From positions 2,912,001 to 2,976,000 of the forward strand of contig CAWIAD010000001.1 in NCBI GenBank assembly GCA_963833985.1: a stretch of DNA of 64,000 nt, written 5' to 3'. Of this stretch, positions 9,660 through 18,391 are shown one piece after another. Numbering within the stretch: position 1 is the first letter of the stretch; each line of letters begins with the position of its first letter. This DNA comes from an uncultured Planctomycetaceae bacterium (lineage in GTDB: Bacteria > Planctomycetota > Planctomycetia > Isosphaerales > Isosphaeraceae). The translations under genes were made by a program, and so were the position numbers. Below the pieces are notes generated by a model. That model was not told the origin of the DNA, did not search any database, and worked only from the letters and a program-made list of their open reading frames with translations.

Positions 9660-12600
9660 TTGCCTGATATCCAGCGAGACTTGTTGCTCGCGACCCTGGC
9701 CTTGCTGACCGGCGCGGTGCCCCGGGATGCGCTCCACCGCGCGCTGGTCTCATGGACCAAGGCACCAGACTCCTCCGTGGCCGAACTTCTGCGCCAGCAG
9801 GGGGTGATCGACGACAGCCAGCTCCAGGCGCTTCAGTGTCTGGTCTCGGCTCATCTGCGCAACCACAATGGGGATATTAATTTAAGCCTGAGCGCCTGGA
9901 ATGCGGAGGCACTCACCCAGGACATGCTGACCGAGCTGGAGAATGCAGCGCCCGGAAGCACGATCGCGGCGACCATCGCCGGAAGCCTGACTCCGCAGAG
10001 AACCCGTGCGCCGCAGGGCGAGTCTGATCTGGGAGTGAATGCCAACCTGCCAAGCTACACGCCGGAGGAGAGATTCGAGCTCATCGAGCCGTATGCCAGG
10101 GGGGGTATCGGCCAGGTCTGGCGTGCCCGCGATCGCGAGCTTCAGCGTGAAGTCGCCGTCAAGGAGATCCAGCCGCGGCTCGTGGACCGTCAAGGACTGA
10201 GGAAGCGGTTCCTGCTGGAGGCCGAGATCACGGGCAATCTCGAGCATCCCGGAATCGTGCCGGTCTACAGCCTGGGACGCAACGCCGCGGGACGCCCGTT
10301 CTACGCCATGCGCTTCATCCGGGGCGAGAGCCTTTCCTCGGCGATCAAGAAGTTCCACGCCGCTCGTTCGGGCGCAAGCGAAGCCGCACGCCGGCATTCC
10401 CGGTCGGACTGGGGCATCGAATTTCAGCAGTTGCTGCGCCGGTTTCTCGACGTGTGCGATGCCATGGAGTACGCCCACAGCCGGGGCGTCATTCATCGCG
10501 ATCTCAAGCCGGCGAATATCATGCTCGGCGAATATGGGGAAACCCTGGTCGTGGACTGGGGCCTCGCCAAGCGCACCGGCAAGCATGACGTCGTGGCGGA
10601 GCACGAGGCCACCGAACTGGGGGAGGATGCCGGCGGGGAGTCAACCACGGCCGGCGAGACCCAGCCCGGAACCACCATTGGAACGCCTTCCTACATGAGC
10701 CCGGAACAGGCCCGCGGGACGATCGAAGAACTGGGCCCGGTGAGCGACGTGTACAGCCTGGGAGCCACGCTCTACGAGCTGCTCACGGGAAAATTCCCGT
10801 TCTCGGCAGAGAACGCCGCCGCCATCATCGCCAGGGTGAAAGCGGGAGACCTGGTGGCACCGCGTCAGCTCGTGCCGTCGGTGCCCCCGCAGCTCGAGGC
10901 CATCTGCCTCAAGGCCATGGCCTATCAGCCTGATCGCCGGTACCAGTCCGCCCGTGAGCTGGCGCTGGACCTGGAGCACTGGATCGCTGACGAGCCGGTC
11001 GCCGCATATCCCGAGCGGCCACCGCAGAAGCTGGCCCGCTGGCTGCGCCGCCATCGCAGCTGGACCTATGCCGCAGCCGCAGCCCTCATTGCCATCACGA
11101 TGATCGCGACCACGGCACTGGTGGTGGTGGACGCCGCCCGCCGCGGCCAGGAGATCGCCCGCAAGGAGGCGGAGGGCAATTTTGAAATGGCCCAGCAGGC
11201 CGTTGAAAACTATCTCACCAACGTCAGCGAGAACACGCTGTTCAAGGAACAGGACACGCTCGACATCCGCAACCTCCGGAAAGAGCTGCTCCAGTCAGCG
11301 CTCCCCTTCTACAAGAAGTTCGTCATCGAGCACAGCCACGATCCCCGGCTCCAGGAGCAGCTCGCCAAGGCCTACTTCCGGCTCGGCGACATCACCCGTG
11401 TGATCGCCAGCTCGCAGGACGCCCGCGAGTATTACCGCCTGGCACTGGAGACCTGGGAGCCCCTGGCCCACTCCGACCCCGCGAACCTCGAGCTGCAACA
11501 GCACGTGGCCGATTGCCATTTCGTCTTCGGACAGATCCTCCAGGCCGAGAACCTGCCGGAGGCGATCGCCTTCTTCAGCAGCGCGCTGGCCAGCTACCAG
11601 AAGCTGACCGAGCAGAAACCCTCCGAGGCGCGATACCAGTCCAGCCTGGCGGCATGCTGCTCGGAGCTGGGGCTGTGCTTCTCCCGGCTGGACCGGATCG
11701 ACGAGGCCCTCCAGTTCCTGAACAGGGCCCGCGGCATCCAGGAGCATCTGGTCGCGCTCAATCCCCGCAAGATCGAGTACAAGAAGAACCTGGCCGAAAT
11801 CATCAACCATGTCGGTTACCTCGATTTCACGCGTCGGGACTACCCCGCGGCGCTACAGGTCTACCGGCAGTTCCAGAAACTTTGCCGGGAGATCCTCGAT
11901 GAGCTTCCGGCCGGACCGAAGCCGCTGAACATCCTGGACCTGCTGGCGCGGAGCCATTACAACATCGCGTCCATCGAGCGTGACCAGGGCCATGCCGAGC
12001 TGTCGCTGGAGGCGTCCCGCGAGGCCGAGGAGAACTGGGCCCGGCTTGCCGAGTCGCATCCGTCGGTGAACAGCTACCAGAGCGATCTCGGCCTGGCCCT
12101 GTGGCTGCGAGCCTGGGCCGAGTTCACACTGGGCAAGAGCGCTGATGCCCTCACCTCCGTCCAGAAAGACATCGATATCTGTAATCGGCTGCTCAAGGCG
12201 GAGCCGGGTAATCTTGTCTACCTGATCGAGCTGGCCCACGCGTGGAACCTCAAGGGGGTGATCCATGACGAGGCCCGGCAGAACGATCTGGCGCGCCCGC
12301 CGTTCGAGGAAGCGGTGCGGTTGCGGCGGTCGATCCTGGAGCGTTCCCGCGGCATCGACGAGCACAAGAGAGATCTCTGCGTGAGCCTGGAAAACCTCGG
12401 AGAGGTTCATGTGGACGCTGGCGATGTGCGCGGAGGATTGCCCTTCTACCAGGAAGCCGCCCGCCTCCGTCAGGAGCTCGCCGCATCGCATCCGGGGGAC
12501 TGCCGCGACGCGGCAGAGCTCGTCGAGAAGCTGCTCCTGATCGGCAACATCCAGCGACAGAACGGGGACTCGAGTCTCGCCGCGGAGACCTGCGATCGCG

Positions 12601-13172
12601 CACAAGGCCGTGTGCAACCATTGCATTGCTCCGAGAGCGACAGTCACATTCGTGACCTCTGGCTTGCCGGGGTCCTGGAACGCAAGGCGGGCGCACTTGC
12701 CGACCAGGGCCGAAGAGCCGACGCAATCGGCCTGCTGAAACAGGCCGCGGATCACGCCAGGCAGGCCCTGCGGGCGACGGAAGACGGCACCCGGGCCCGC
12801 GAATTCCTCAGCGAATCGCTCTGGACCCTCGCGCGCCTGACCCGTGAGCAGGGAACCACCAGCACCCCCGACGTGCCCGATGGCAACTGGCGATCGGTCT
12901 GGGACAATCGCCCAGCCGGCGAGCTGGTCGACCTTGCGGTCCGGCTGGCCGCGCGGGCGAACCTCATCGGCTACGGGACCACCCCGGTTCCGGCGATCGG
13001 CAAGGAGATGCGCCGGCTCGATTGCGATCAGGCCGCAGACTGCCTCGAACTCGCGATCCGCCGGGGATACAAGGACTTCGAGCGGCTCAAGAAGAATCCC
13101 GATCTTCGCCCACTGCTGGAGCGCGAGACGCTCAAGCTTCTCATCGCTGGCAAGGAACAGCCTGGCCACTGA
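9660..13172 (+). CDS. Membrane Hanks-type Ser/Thr kinase with C-terminal TPR repeats
   Basis: RGGIGQV, VAVK, HRDLKPAN, DWGLAK, GTPSYMSPEQ; TM helix (AAAALIAITMIATTALVVV); long TPR-like helical tail. TTG start 6 nt after AAGGAG. Confidence 0.93.
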   Translation: MPDIQRDLLLATLALLTGAVPRDALHRALVSWTKAPDSSVAELLRQQGVIDDSQLQALQCLVSAHLRNHNGDINLSLSAWNAEALTQDMLTELENAAPGSTIAATIAGSLTPQRTRAPQGESDLGVNANLPSYTPEERFELIEPYARGGIGQVWRARDRELQREVAVKEIQPRLVDRQGLRKRFLLEAEITGNLEHPGIVPVYSLGRNAAGRPFYAMRFIRGESLSSAIKKFHAARSGASEAARRHSRSDWGIEFQQLLRRFLDVCDAMEYAHSRGVIHRDLKPANIMLGEYGETLVVDWGLAKRTGKHDVVAEHEATELGEDAGGESTTAGETQPGTTIGTPSYMSPEQARGTIEELGPVSDVYSLGATLYELLTGKFPFSAENAAAIIARVKAGDLVAPRQLVPSVPPQLEAICLKAMAYQPDRRYQSARELALDLEHWIADEPVAAYPERPPQKLARWLRRHRSWTYAAAAALIAITMIATTALVVVDAARRGQEIARKEAEGNFEMAQQAVENYLTNVSENTLFKEQDTLDIRNLRKELLQSALPFYKKFVIEHSHDPRLQEQLAKAYFRLGDITRVIASSQDAREYYRLALETWEPLAHSDPANLELQQHVADCHFVFGQILQAENLPEAIAFFSSALASYQKLTEQKPSEARYQSSLAACCSELGLCFSRLDRIDEALQFLNRARGIQEHLVALNPRKIEYKKNLAEIINHVGYLDFTRRDYPAALQVYRQFQKLCREILDELPAGPKPLNILDLLARSHYNIASIERDQGHAELSLEASREAEENWARLAESHPSVNSYQSDLGLALWLRAWAEFTLGKSADALTSVQKDIDICNRLLKAEPGNLVYLIELAHAWNLKGVIHDEARQNDLARPPFEEAVRLRRSILERSRGIDEHKRDLCVSLENLGEVHVDAGDVRGGLPFYQEAARLRQELAASHPGDCRDAAELVEKLLLIGNIQRQNGDSSLAAETCDRAQGRVQPLHCSESDSHIRDLWLAGVLERKAGALADQGRRADAIGLLKQAADHARQALRATEDGTRAREFLSESLWTLARLTREQGTTSTPDVPDGNWRSVWDNRPAGELVDLAVRLAARANLIGYGTTPVPAIGKEMRRLDCDQAADCLELAIRRGYKDFERLKKNPDLRPLLERETLKLLIAGKEQPGH

Positions 13173-13271
13173 TCGCCCGCACCGATCAGGCGGATTTATC
13201 GTGAGCGGCGCCATACGAAAGGACCGCTCTCCGTGCACTGAGTGCGGAATCTCAAGAAAAAAATGGGTTCT

Positions 13272-13297
13272 TGTAACATTCAGGCAGTAAACTCGTA
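13272..13297 (+). promoter_or_regulatory. ECF sigma-type promoter of the peptide gene
   Basis: TGTAAC-N16-CGTA (the AAC/CGT ECF pattern) in an AT-rich stretch about 45 nt before the ATG at 13343. Confidence 0.5.
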
Positions 13298-13342
13298 TCT
13301 CTTTGTAGACAATTCTGCTTCCTATCTCGCAAGGAGCCCGTC

Positions 13343-13498
13343 ATGACGGAACCGAACAAGAATGAGAAATCGACGAGCCGCCCCGAGACCAAGACCGACA
13401 AGAAAGGCTCGGAGACGGTCCATCTCTCGGCTGAAGACCTCCGCAAGATTTCCGGCGGAGCCACAACCGTCCCCGGGACGAAGGGCCCGCACGGCTGA
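13343..13498 (+). CDS. 51-aa double-glycine-leader peptide precursor (not in the ORF track)
   Basis: AAGGAG RBS at 13331-13336. Translation MTEPNKNEKSTSRPETKTDKKGSETVHLSAEDLRKISGG|ATTVPGTKGPHG*. LSAEDLRKISGG fits the LSxxELxxxxGG peptidase C39 motif. The next gene is an NHLP-type HlyD. Confidence 0.8.
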   Translation: MTEPNKNEKSTSRPETKTDKKGSETVHLSAEDLRKISGGATTVPGTKGPHG

Positions 13499-13585
13499 GA
13501 ACTGCGCGGGCGCCGCGGGCGGTCGTCGCCGGATAAGAAGCGGCCTCTATACTGTTCCACCCGCACCTGATGGTTCTCGCACGCT

Positions 13586-13625
13586 GCCCCTGAAATCGCC
13601 GCGCCGAGCGAACAGGGGCTTTTTT
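13586..13625 (+). terminator. Rho-independent terminator after the peptide gene
   Basis: GCCCCTG...CAGGGGC stem followed by TTTTTT. Confidence 0.65.
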
Positions 13626-13806
13626 GTTCGAGCAAGCTGAGCGCAGTGCAGCAGTTGCGGGCCGGTCGGCCCGCACTCGGCGTCTGAGCACGCGCCGTTT
13701 CGTCGCGCATGCCAATCACGCTGCACGAAGCGCGGCTAGTCTAAACTTCGGGGAACTCGACCGGTCCACCAAGGTGACCAGGGCAAACCTTGCAGGGAAC
13801 GAGCCC

Positions 13807-15143
13807 ATGAGCGACTCCGCGACCGAGTCGTCCGGACCTCCAATGGACCTCTCCGGAGTGGCCATGGAACAGCTGGACACGCTGGTCCACGTCACCAACA
13901 TCCAGGCCTGGATTTCGCTCGGCAGCCTCTTCGCCATCTGCGCGGGGGCCGTCCTGTTCGCCTTCGTTTACCGGGTTCCCAAGAAGGTGGTCGGAGAGGG
14001 CATCCTGCTGATCAAGAAAGATCGGCTCAGCCAGATACGCGCTCTGGGCACGGGCCGGCTCGTACGCCTGGACGTATCGCTGGGCGATACGGTCCAGCCG
14101 AACCAGCCCATCGGCGAGATCTACCAGGAAGATCTGCGAGACACCATCCGGGAGACAACCGCCCGGCTGGAACAGCTCAGGAACGAGAACGACCGGCTGA
14201 TCCGCTTCGAGGACGAGGAGCGAACCGCCCAGGACCAGGCGATCGCCCGGCTCAGGGACGCGGTCCAGCGCACCGTGGAGAATGCCACCGAAGGACTGAG
14301 GATCGCGCTGCGGATCGTCGAGGGCTCGGAGCGCTTGCGCCTGATCAGCCAGCTCAGCAACCTCGACTACCTGAAGGATCTTGAACAAAAATACACGATA
14401 CAGAACGACCTGAACAACGGCTACACCAAGCTTGCCGAGGTGGAGCTGACGCGCCTGACCTCGGAGAACCAGCGCCAGCGGCGCGGCTTCAGCGCCAGCT
14501 CGAGATCAGCAAGCTGGTGACGAAGCTTCGGCTGGACCGCGACAAGCTGGATCGGACCTCCCGGATTCTCAGCCATGAGACGGGCACGGTCACCCAGATT
14601 CTCACGGCTGCCGACGAGCTGGTGCGTGAGGGTGCTCCCGTCGTGCTGCTGTCGTCTCCCTGGCGGCCCATGCCGGGAACAGACGCCGACAAGCCCTACG
14701 ATTGCATCGCCTTCGTGCCGGCCGGCGAGGGGAAGAAGATCGACGTCGGCAATTTCGTCGAGGTGATGCCGGCGACCATCAAGCGCGAGGAGCACGGTTA
14801 CGTGCACGGCCGGGTGGTGTCGGTCTCCGAATTGCCCGCCACGCGGCTGGCCATGGAGGCAGCGCTCCAGCATCCCGACCTGGTGGAGACGTTCCTCAAG
14901 AAGTACGCGCCGGGCGTCTTGCTACGCGTGCACATCCAGCTTGTCCCGCGTGAGCCGTCCCCGGACCACGAGAGCGCGGCCGGCGATCCGGAAATCCTCA
15001 ATCGCTTCCGCTGGTCTTCCACCTCAGGCACTCGCCAGAAGCTGAAGACCGCCACGCTCTGCCAGGCCGCCATCGTGGTGGAAAAACAGCGCCTCATCGC
15101 GCTGGTCATTCCCTGGCTGAAGAAGTTCATGGAGCTTCAGTGA
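13807..15143 (+). CDS. NHLP bacteriocin-system secretion protein (HlyD family, TIGR03794-like), split by a 1-nt frameshift near 14481
   Basis: EQLDTLVHVT..AWISL..VPKKVVGEGILL, then a coiled coil, then GKKI..G..VEVMPATIKREEHGYVHGRVVSVSELPAT...WSS..G...TLCQAAIVVEKQRLIALVIP. Adding one G at cgg(g)cgcgg joins the two frames. Confidence 0.85.
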
Positions 15144-15202
15144 TCTGCGGCCTGCCCCAGCCGTCTGGGTTCCGGCCATGGCGATCAGGCAACCATCTGC
15201 CC

Positions 15203-15277
15203 GGACAAAGACAGGACAAAGACAGACAAAGACAGGACAGACAAAGACAGGACATGCGACAAAGACAGGACATGCAA
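15203..15277. repeat. Degenerate GACAAAGACAG tandem repeat
   Basis: About six imperfect copies of (G)GACAAAGACAG, two of them extended with GACATGC. Confidence 0.8.
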
Positions 15278-15588
15278 CGCAATCCATCAGACACATCGCC
15301 GGGCCCCCGGTCCGCACGTCTCGGCGCTCGTGGCGCATGGCCAGGCTGCGCCAGCGCCCTGGATCCGCGGCGCATGGCCACGTGCGTGAGCACGTGGTTT
15401 TCACGGGCGCAGCCTCCAACCTCGGGCGTGAGCCCGACCTGCATATCGCCTCGTCACACCATCCCCCCGGCGCCGGTCCGCCAGTCCCGACGCTCGGCGC
15501 GTATGGCACATGGCCACATGCGTCAGCACGTGGTTTTCACGGGCGCAGCCTCCAACCTCGGGCGTGAGCCCGACCAGAACCCGGCTGA

Positions 15589-16125
15589 CAGCCCTACGAT
15601 CTGGCTGATCTGAACCCGGTGGCCGCAGGGATCGCTGAAGTGCCCGAGGCGAGCACTCACAAGTCGATCAAGCAGCGGGTCGAGCACGTTCAGGAGCAGG
15701 GGCGAGTCGAGGACCTGAAGGCTGCCGAGGCGGGCAGCGTGGCGGGGTCGCAGGCGGCCGCGGGACTGGAAGAAGGCCTGTGGCTGTGCCCGATCGAGGA
15801 CCGCAGGAGGCTGGACTCGGACTCGGACTCCGGTCGCGGTCGCGAGGGGAGGGTCGAGGGGTTCTCGCTGGGCAACTATCTGCTGCTGGTGGACTACACC
15901 GGGCGGCTGTTTCGCGAGGGGAAGGCGGCGATCTCGGCGGAACTGGCCGGGATCCTGGAGCGGCTGGGAAGCAATGCCGAGAGCTGGCAAGCATGGCTGG
16001 CGAAGCTGGCCGGTAGCCGGCTACTGGGTGGGTTCTTCACGGCGAGCCGGGAGCGGCTGCGGGAGACAGCCGGGCGTCTGGGCCGGCATCATCTGGCGAA
16101 CCTGGGCGAGTGCGCGGCGCGGTGA
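15589..16125 (+). pseudogene. C-terminal remnant of a REP-associated tyrosine (Y1/RAYT-like) transposase
   Basis: DLNPVAAGIAEVPEASTHKSIKQR...WLCPIED...YLLLVDYTGRLFREGKAAI..ILERLG. In-frame stop at 15586; the HUH-bearing N-terminus is absent. Confidence 0.75.
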
Positions 16126-16222
16126 AGTGGCGACGACGCGGTGATAAACGTGATGCGGCGCGGTGCTGGTCGGGCTCACGCCCGAGGTTGGAGGCTGCGC
16201 CCGTGAAAACCACGCGCTCACG

Positions 16223-16354
16223 CACGTGGCCATACGCCGCGGAGTCCATGGCGCTCGCGCACGTGGCCATGCGCCGCAGAGTCCATGGCGCTGACGCACG
16301 TGGCCATACGCCGCAGAGTCCATGGCGCTGACGCACGTGGCCATACGCCGCGGA
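16223..16354. repeat. 37-bp tandem repeat, about 3.5 copies
   Basis: CACGTGGCCATACGCCGCAGAGTCCATGGCGCTGACG starts at 16223, 16260, 16297 and 16334, with no spacers. Confidence 0.9.
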
Positions 16355-17333
16355 CGCCAGGACCGGTAGACCAGCGCGCGGCCTTGCGTGCGATGCCACG
16401 ACGTGCGGGTCGGGCTCACGCCCGAGACCCCTGCGCCGCCAGCAGCTCGAGCACCTCGCGCGTGCACGGCGCCGCGCCACCGGAAGAGTCCAGGTCACGC
16501 TGAACCGACGAGATGAGCAGACGCATGGGGCACCTGAGGTGGAAGTGATAAGACCGCGCCGGCACACGCAGAGCACACCGCGGGGAATGTCGCAAACGCC
16601 CGCCGTTTTGATCGTAGACTGAATAAGACGGCACCATGCCGATGCTCTTTGACAACTCGGTCGATGGTTCAAATCAGCGCGACGCCCCGCAGCCAGGCGT
16701 CGCGCTGGCCGGAGGGATCTCCGGCAAGCCTCGCGGCCCACCACATGACATCCCGAGAAAGCAACGCGAAGATCGAAGCCAATCGAAAATGGAGGTTCAA
16801 GTTCAATCAGGCAAATGGTTAACGTCCGATGGCTTCGTTGCGCGATGGACAGAACGAAGCCATTTCGGGCAAGTCTTCGCCGGTGGGCGTACGAGCAGAC
16901 AAGCTGGTCCACCCGCACCGCTGTGAGCCAGGCAAGGCTGGAGGTGGTGGCGTCCTTCCGGAGCGGGCGTGCGAAGTTCTCGCCGCGGCCGGTGGGTGCC
17001 GATGGGACACGGAAACGGCTTCGGCAGCGAGATCGGGTACTGTGAGGGATCCGGCGGCCTGGGCGGCCCAGGCGAGGTCGCGAGGCGCACGTGATTCAGG
17101 GGCTTCCGTTCCAGCAATCGTTGAGGTTTGCGCGAGACGGACACACCGTGGGGATTGGGTAAACGAGGTGGGCGCTGGCAAGGCACTCCTTGACGCAGCT
17201 TGCTTGATTTGCCAGGCGCGACGGGGCGCGCATGCCGCGAGGCGGGTTGGGCTCATTCCAGCGCGCGATCGATCCGATACGAAGGTGGATGGAGCGGCGT
17301 GTGGCCAGCAGAGCAAGGGAGAGCAGGCCAGAG

Positions 17334-18245
17334 ATGGAAGCAATCCAGCTAGCAGTTTCCCAGGAAGCCTCAACATCCGTACGCGCGGCCGCGTCCCTGG
17401 AATCCGCACGCTCGGCCCCGCCGGTGAGTGTGCCGCAGCCCTTCACCGCGCCGGCGGCCGGCTACGCGGAGCCGCGGGACCGCGACGAGCTTGAAGCCCT
17501 GCGCCGGCAGATCGTCGCCCTGCAACGGATCAGCAGCCTGGGAGTGCTGGCCGGCGGCGTGTTCCATGAGCTGAACAACACCCTGACGCCCATCATCAAC
17601 TACGCGAAGCTGGGCCTGCGGAACTCCGACCCGGCCTACCGTGAGCGCGCCCTGGCGCGGATCCTTGACGCAGGCCAGCGCGCCGCGGCCATCACCGGCG
17701 GCATGCTCGGGCTCTCGCGGCCCGGACGCGAGCCGAAGGAACGCATTGCCATCGATCTCTCGCGGCTGGTCCAGGAGGTGGCCCTGCTGATCAACAAGGA
17801 CCTGGCGCGCCACCGCGTGCGGCTCGAGGTTCAGATCAAGGGCAAGCCCTTTGCGCGGGTGAACCCCGCGCAGATCCAGCAGGTGCTCATCAACCTGCTG
17901 ATCAACGCGCGGCAGGCGATGCCCGAGGGAGGCATGGTGACCCTCCGGCTGGCTCCCGACCCGAACGGCCGGCTGGCCGAGCTGAGCGTCACCGATCACG
18001 GCGTCGGCATCGCGCCGGGGAACCTGAGACGTATCTTCGAGCCCTTCTTCTCCACGAAGATTGGGCCCGATAGCTCCGGCCTGGGCGGCACCGGACTGGG
18101 GCTTTCCGTCTGCCGCGATATCGTCGAGGCCCACCACGGCCGCCTCCGCGCCGAGAGCCGGCTCGGCCAGGGCTCAACCTTCACCTTGCTGCTTCCCGCG
18201 TGCCCGGAATCTGCCGGCGCCATCGCACGACCGCCCGCCGCGTGA
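17334..18245 (+). CDS. Histidine kinase (HisKA + HATPase_c) with no obvious sensor domain
   Basis: H-box GGVFHELNNTL, N-box QVLINLLINARQAM, DHGVGI, IFEPFFSTK, GTGLGLSV. Confidence 0.9.
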   Translation: MEAIQLAVSQEASTSVRAAASLESARSAPPVSVPQPFTAPAAGYAEPRDRDELEALRRQIVALQRISSLGVLAGGVFHELNNTLTPIINYAKLGLRNSDPAYRERALARILDAGQRAAAITGGMLGLSRPGREPKERIAIDLSRLVQEVALLINKDLARHRVRLEVQIKGKPFARVNPAQIQQVLINLLINARQAMPEGGMVTLRLAPDPNGRLAELSVTDHGVGIAPGNLRRIFEPFFSTKIGPDSSGLGGTGLGLSVCRDIVEAHHGRLRAESRLGQGSTFTLLLPACPESAGAIARPPAA

Positions 18246-18391
18246 ACAGGCCATCCTGAACAAAACCTCCGTATTTGCATTTTTCTCCGGCTCCGCGAAG
18301 AGTCATGGATAGTTCCCCGCCGCTCCGGGCACTACTGGAGGATTCGGGGGAACGGATCCAGATTCTCATTCCATTCGCGGAGAGCCGACTC

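Larger units (their letters stand above)
15366..16426. repeat. REP/REPIN-like inverted repeats flanking a transposase remnant
   Basis: The 49-mer CACGTGGTTTTCACGGGCGCAGCCTCCAACCTCGGGCGTGAGCCCGACC occurs at 15391-15439 and 15527-15575, inverted at 16168-16216 (1 mismatch), and partly inverted at 16408-16426. It contains the hairpin TCGGGC-GTGA-GCCCGA. Confidence 0.85.

Noticed and set aside
15140..15613. ORFs with Cys-rich or RQRQD repeats as possible extra RiPP precursors
   Set aside because: They are translations of the GACAAAGACAG and REP repeats, with no RBS or leader motif.
16223..16354. Possible CRISPR array (37-bp repeats)
   Set aside because: The repeats are head-to-tail with no unique spacers, and no cas genes are in the window.
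16660..16685. GGTTCAAATC resembling a tRNA T-loop
   Set aside because: The flanking bases do not form a T-stem and no cloverleaf can be built.
16500..17330. Several 70-290 aa ORFs between the repeats and the histidine kinase
   Set aside because: No motifs or convincing RBS. Treated as intergenic, though a small gene cannot be excluded.
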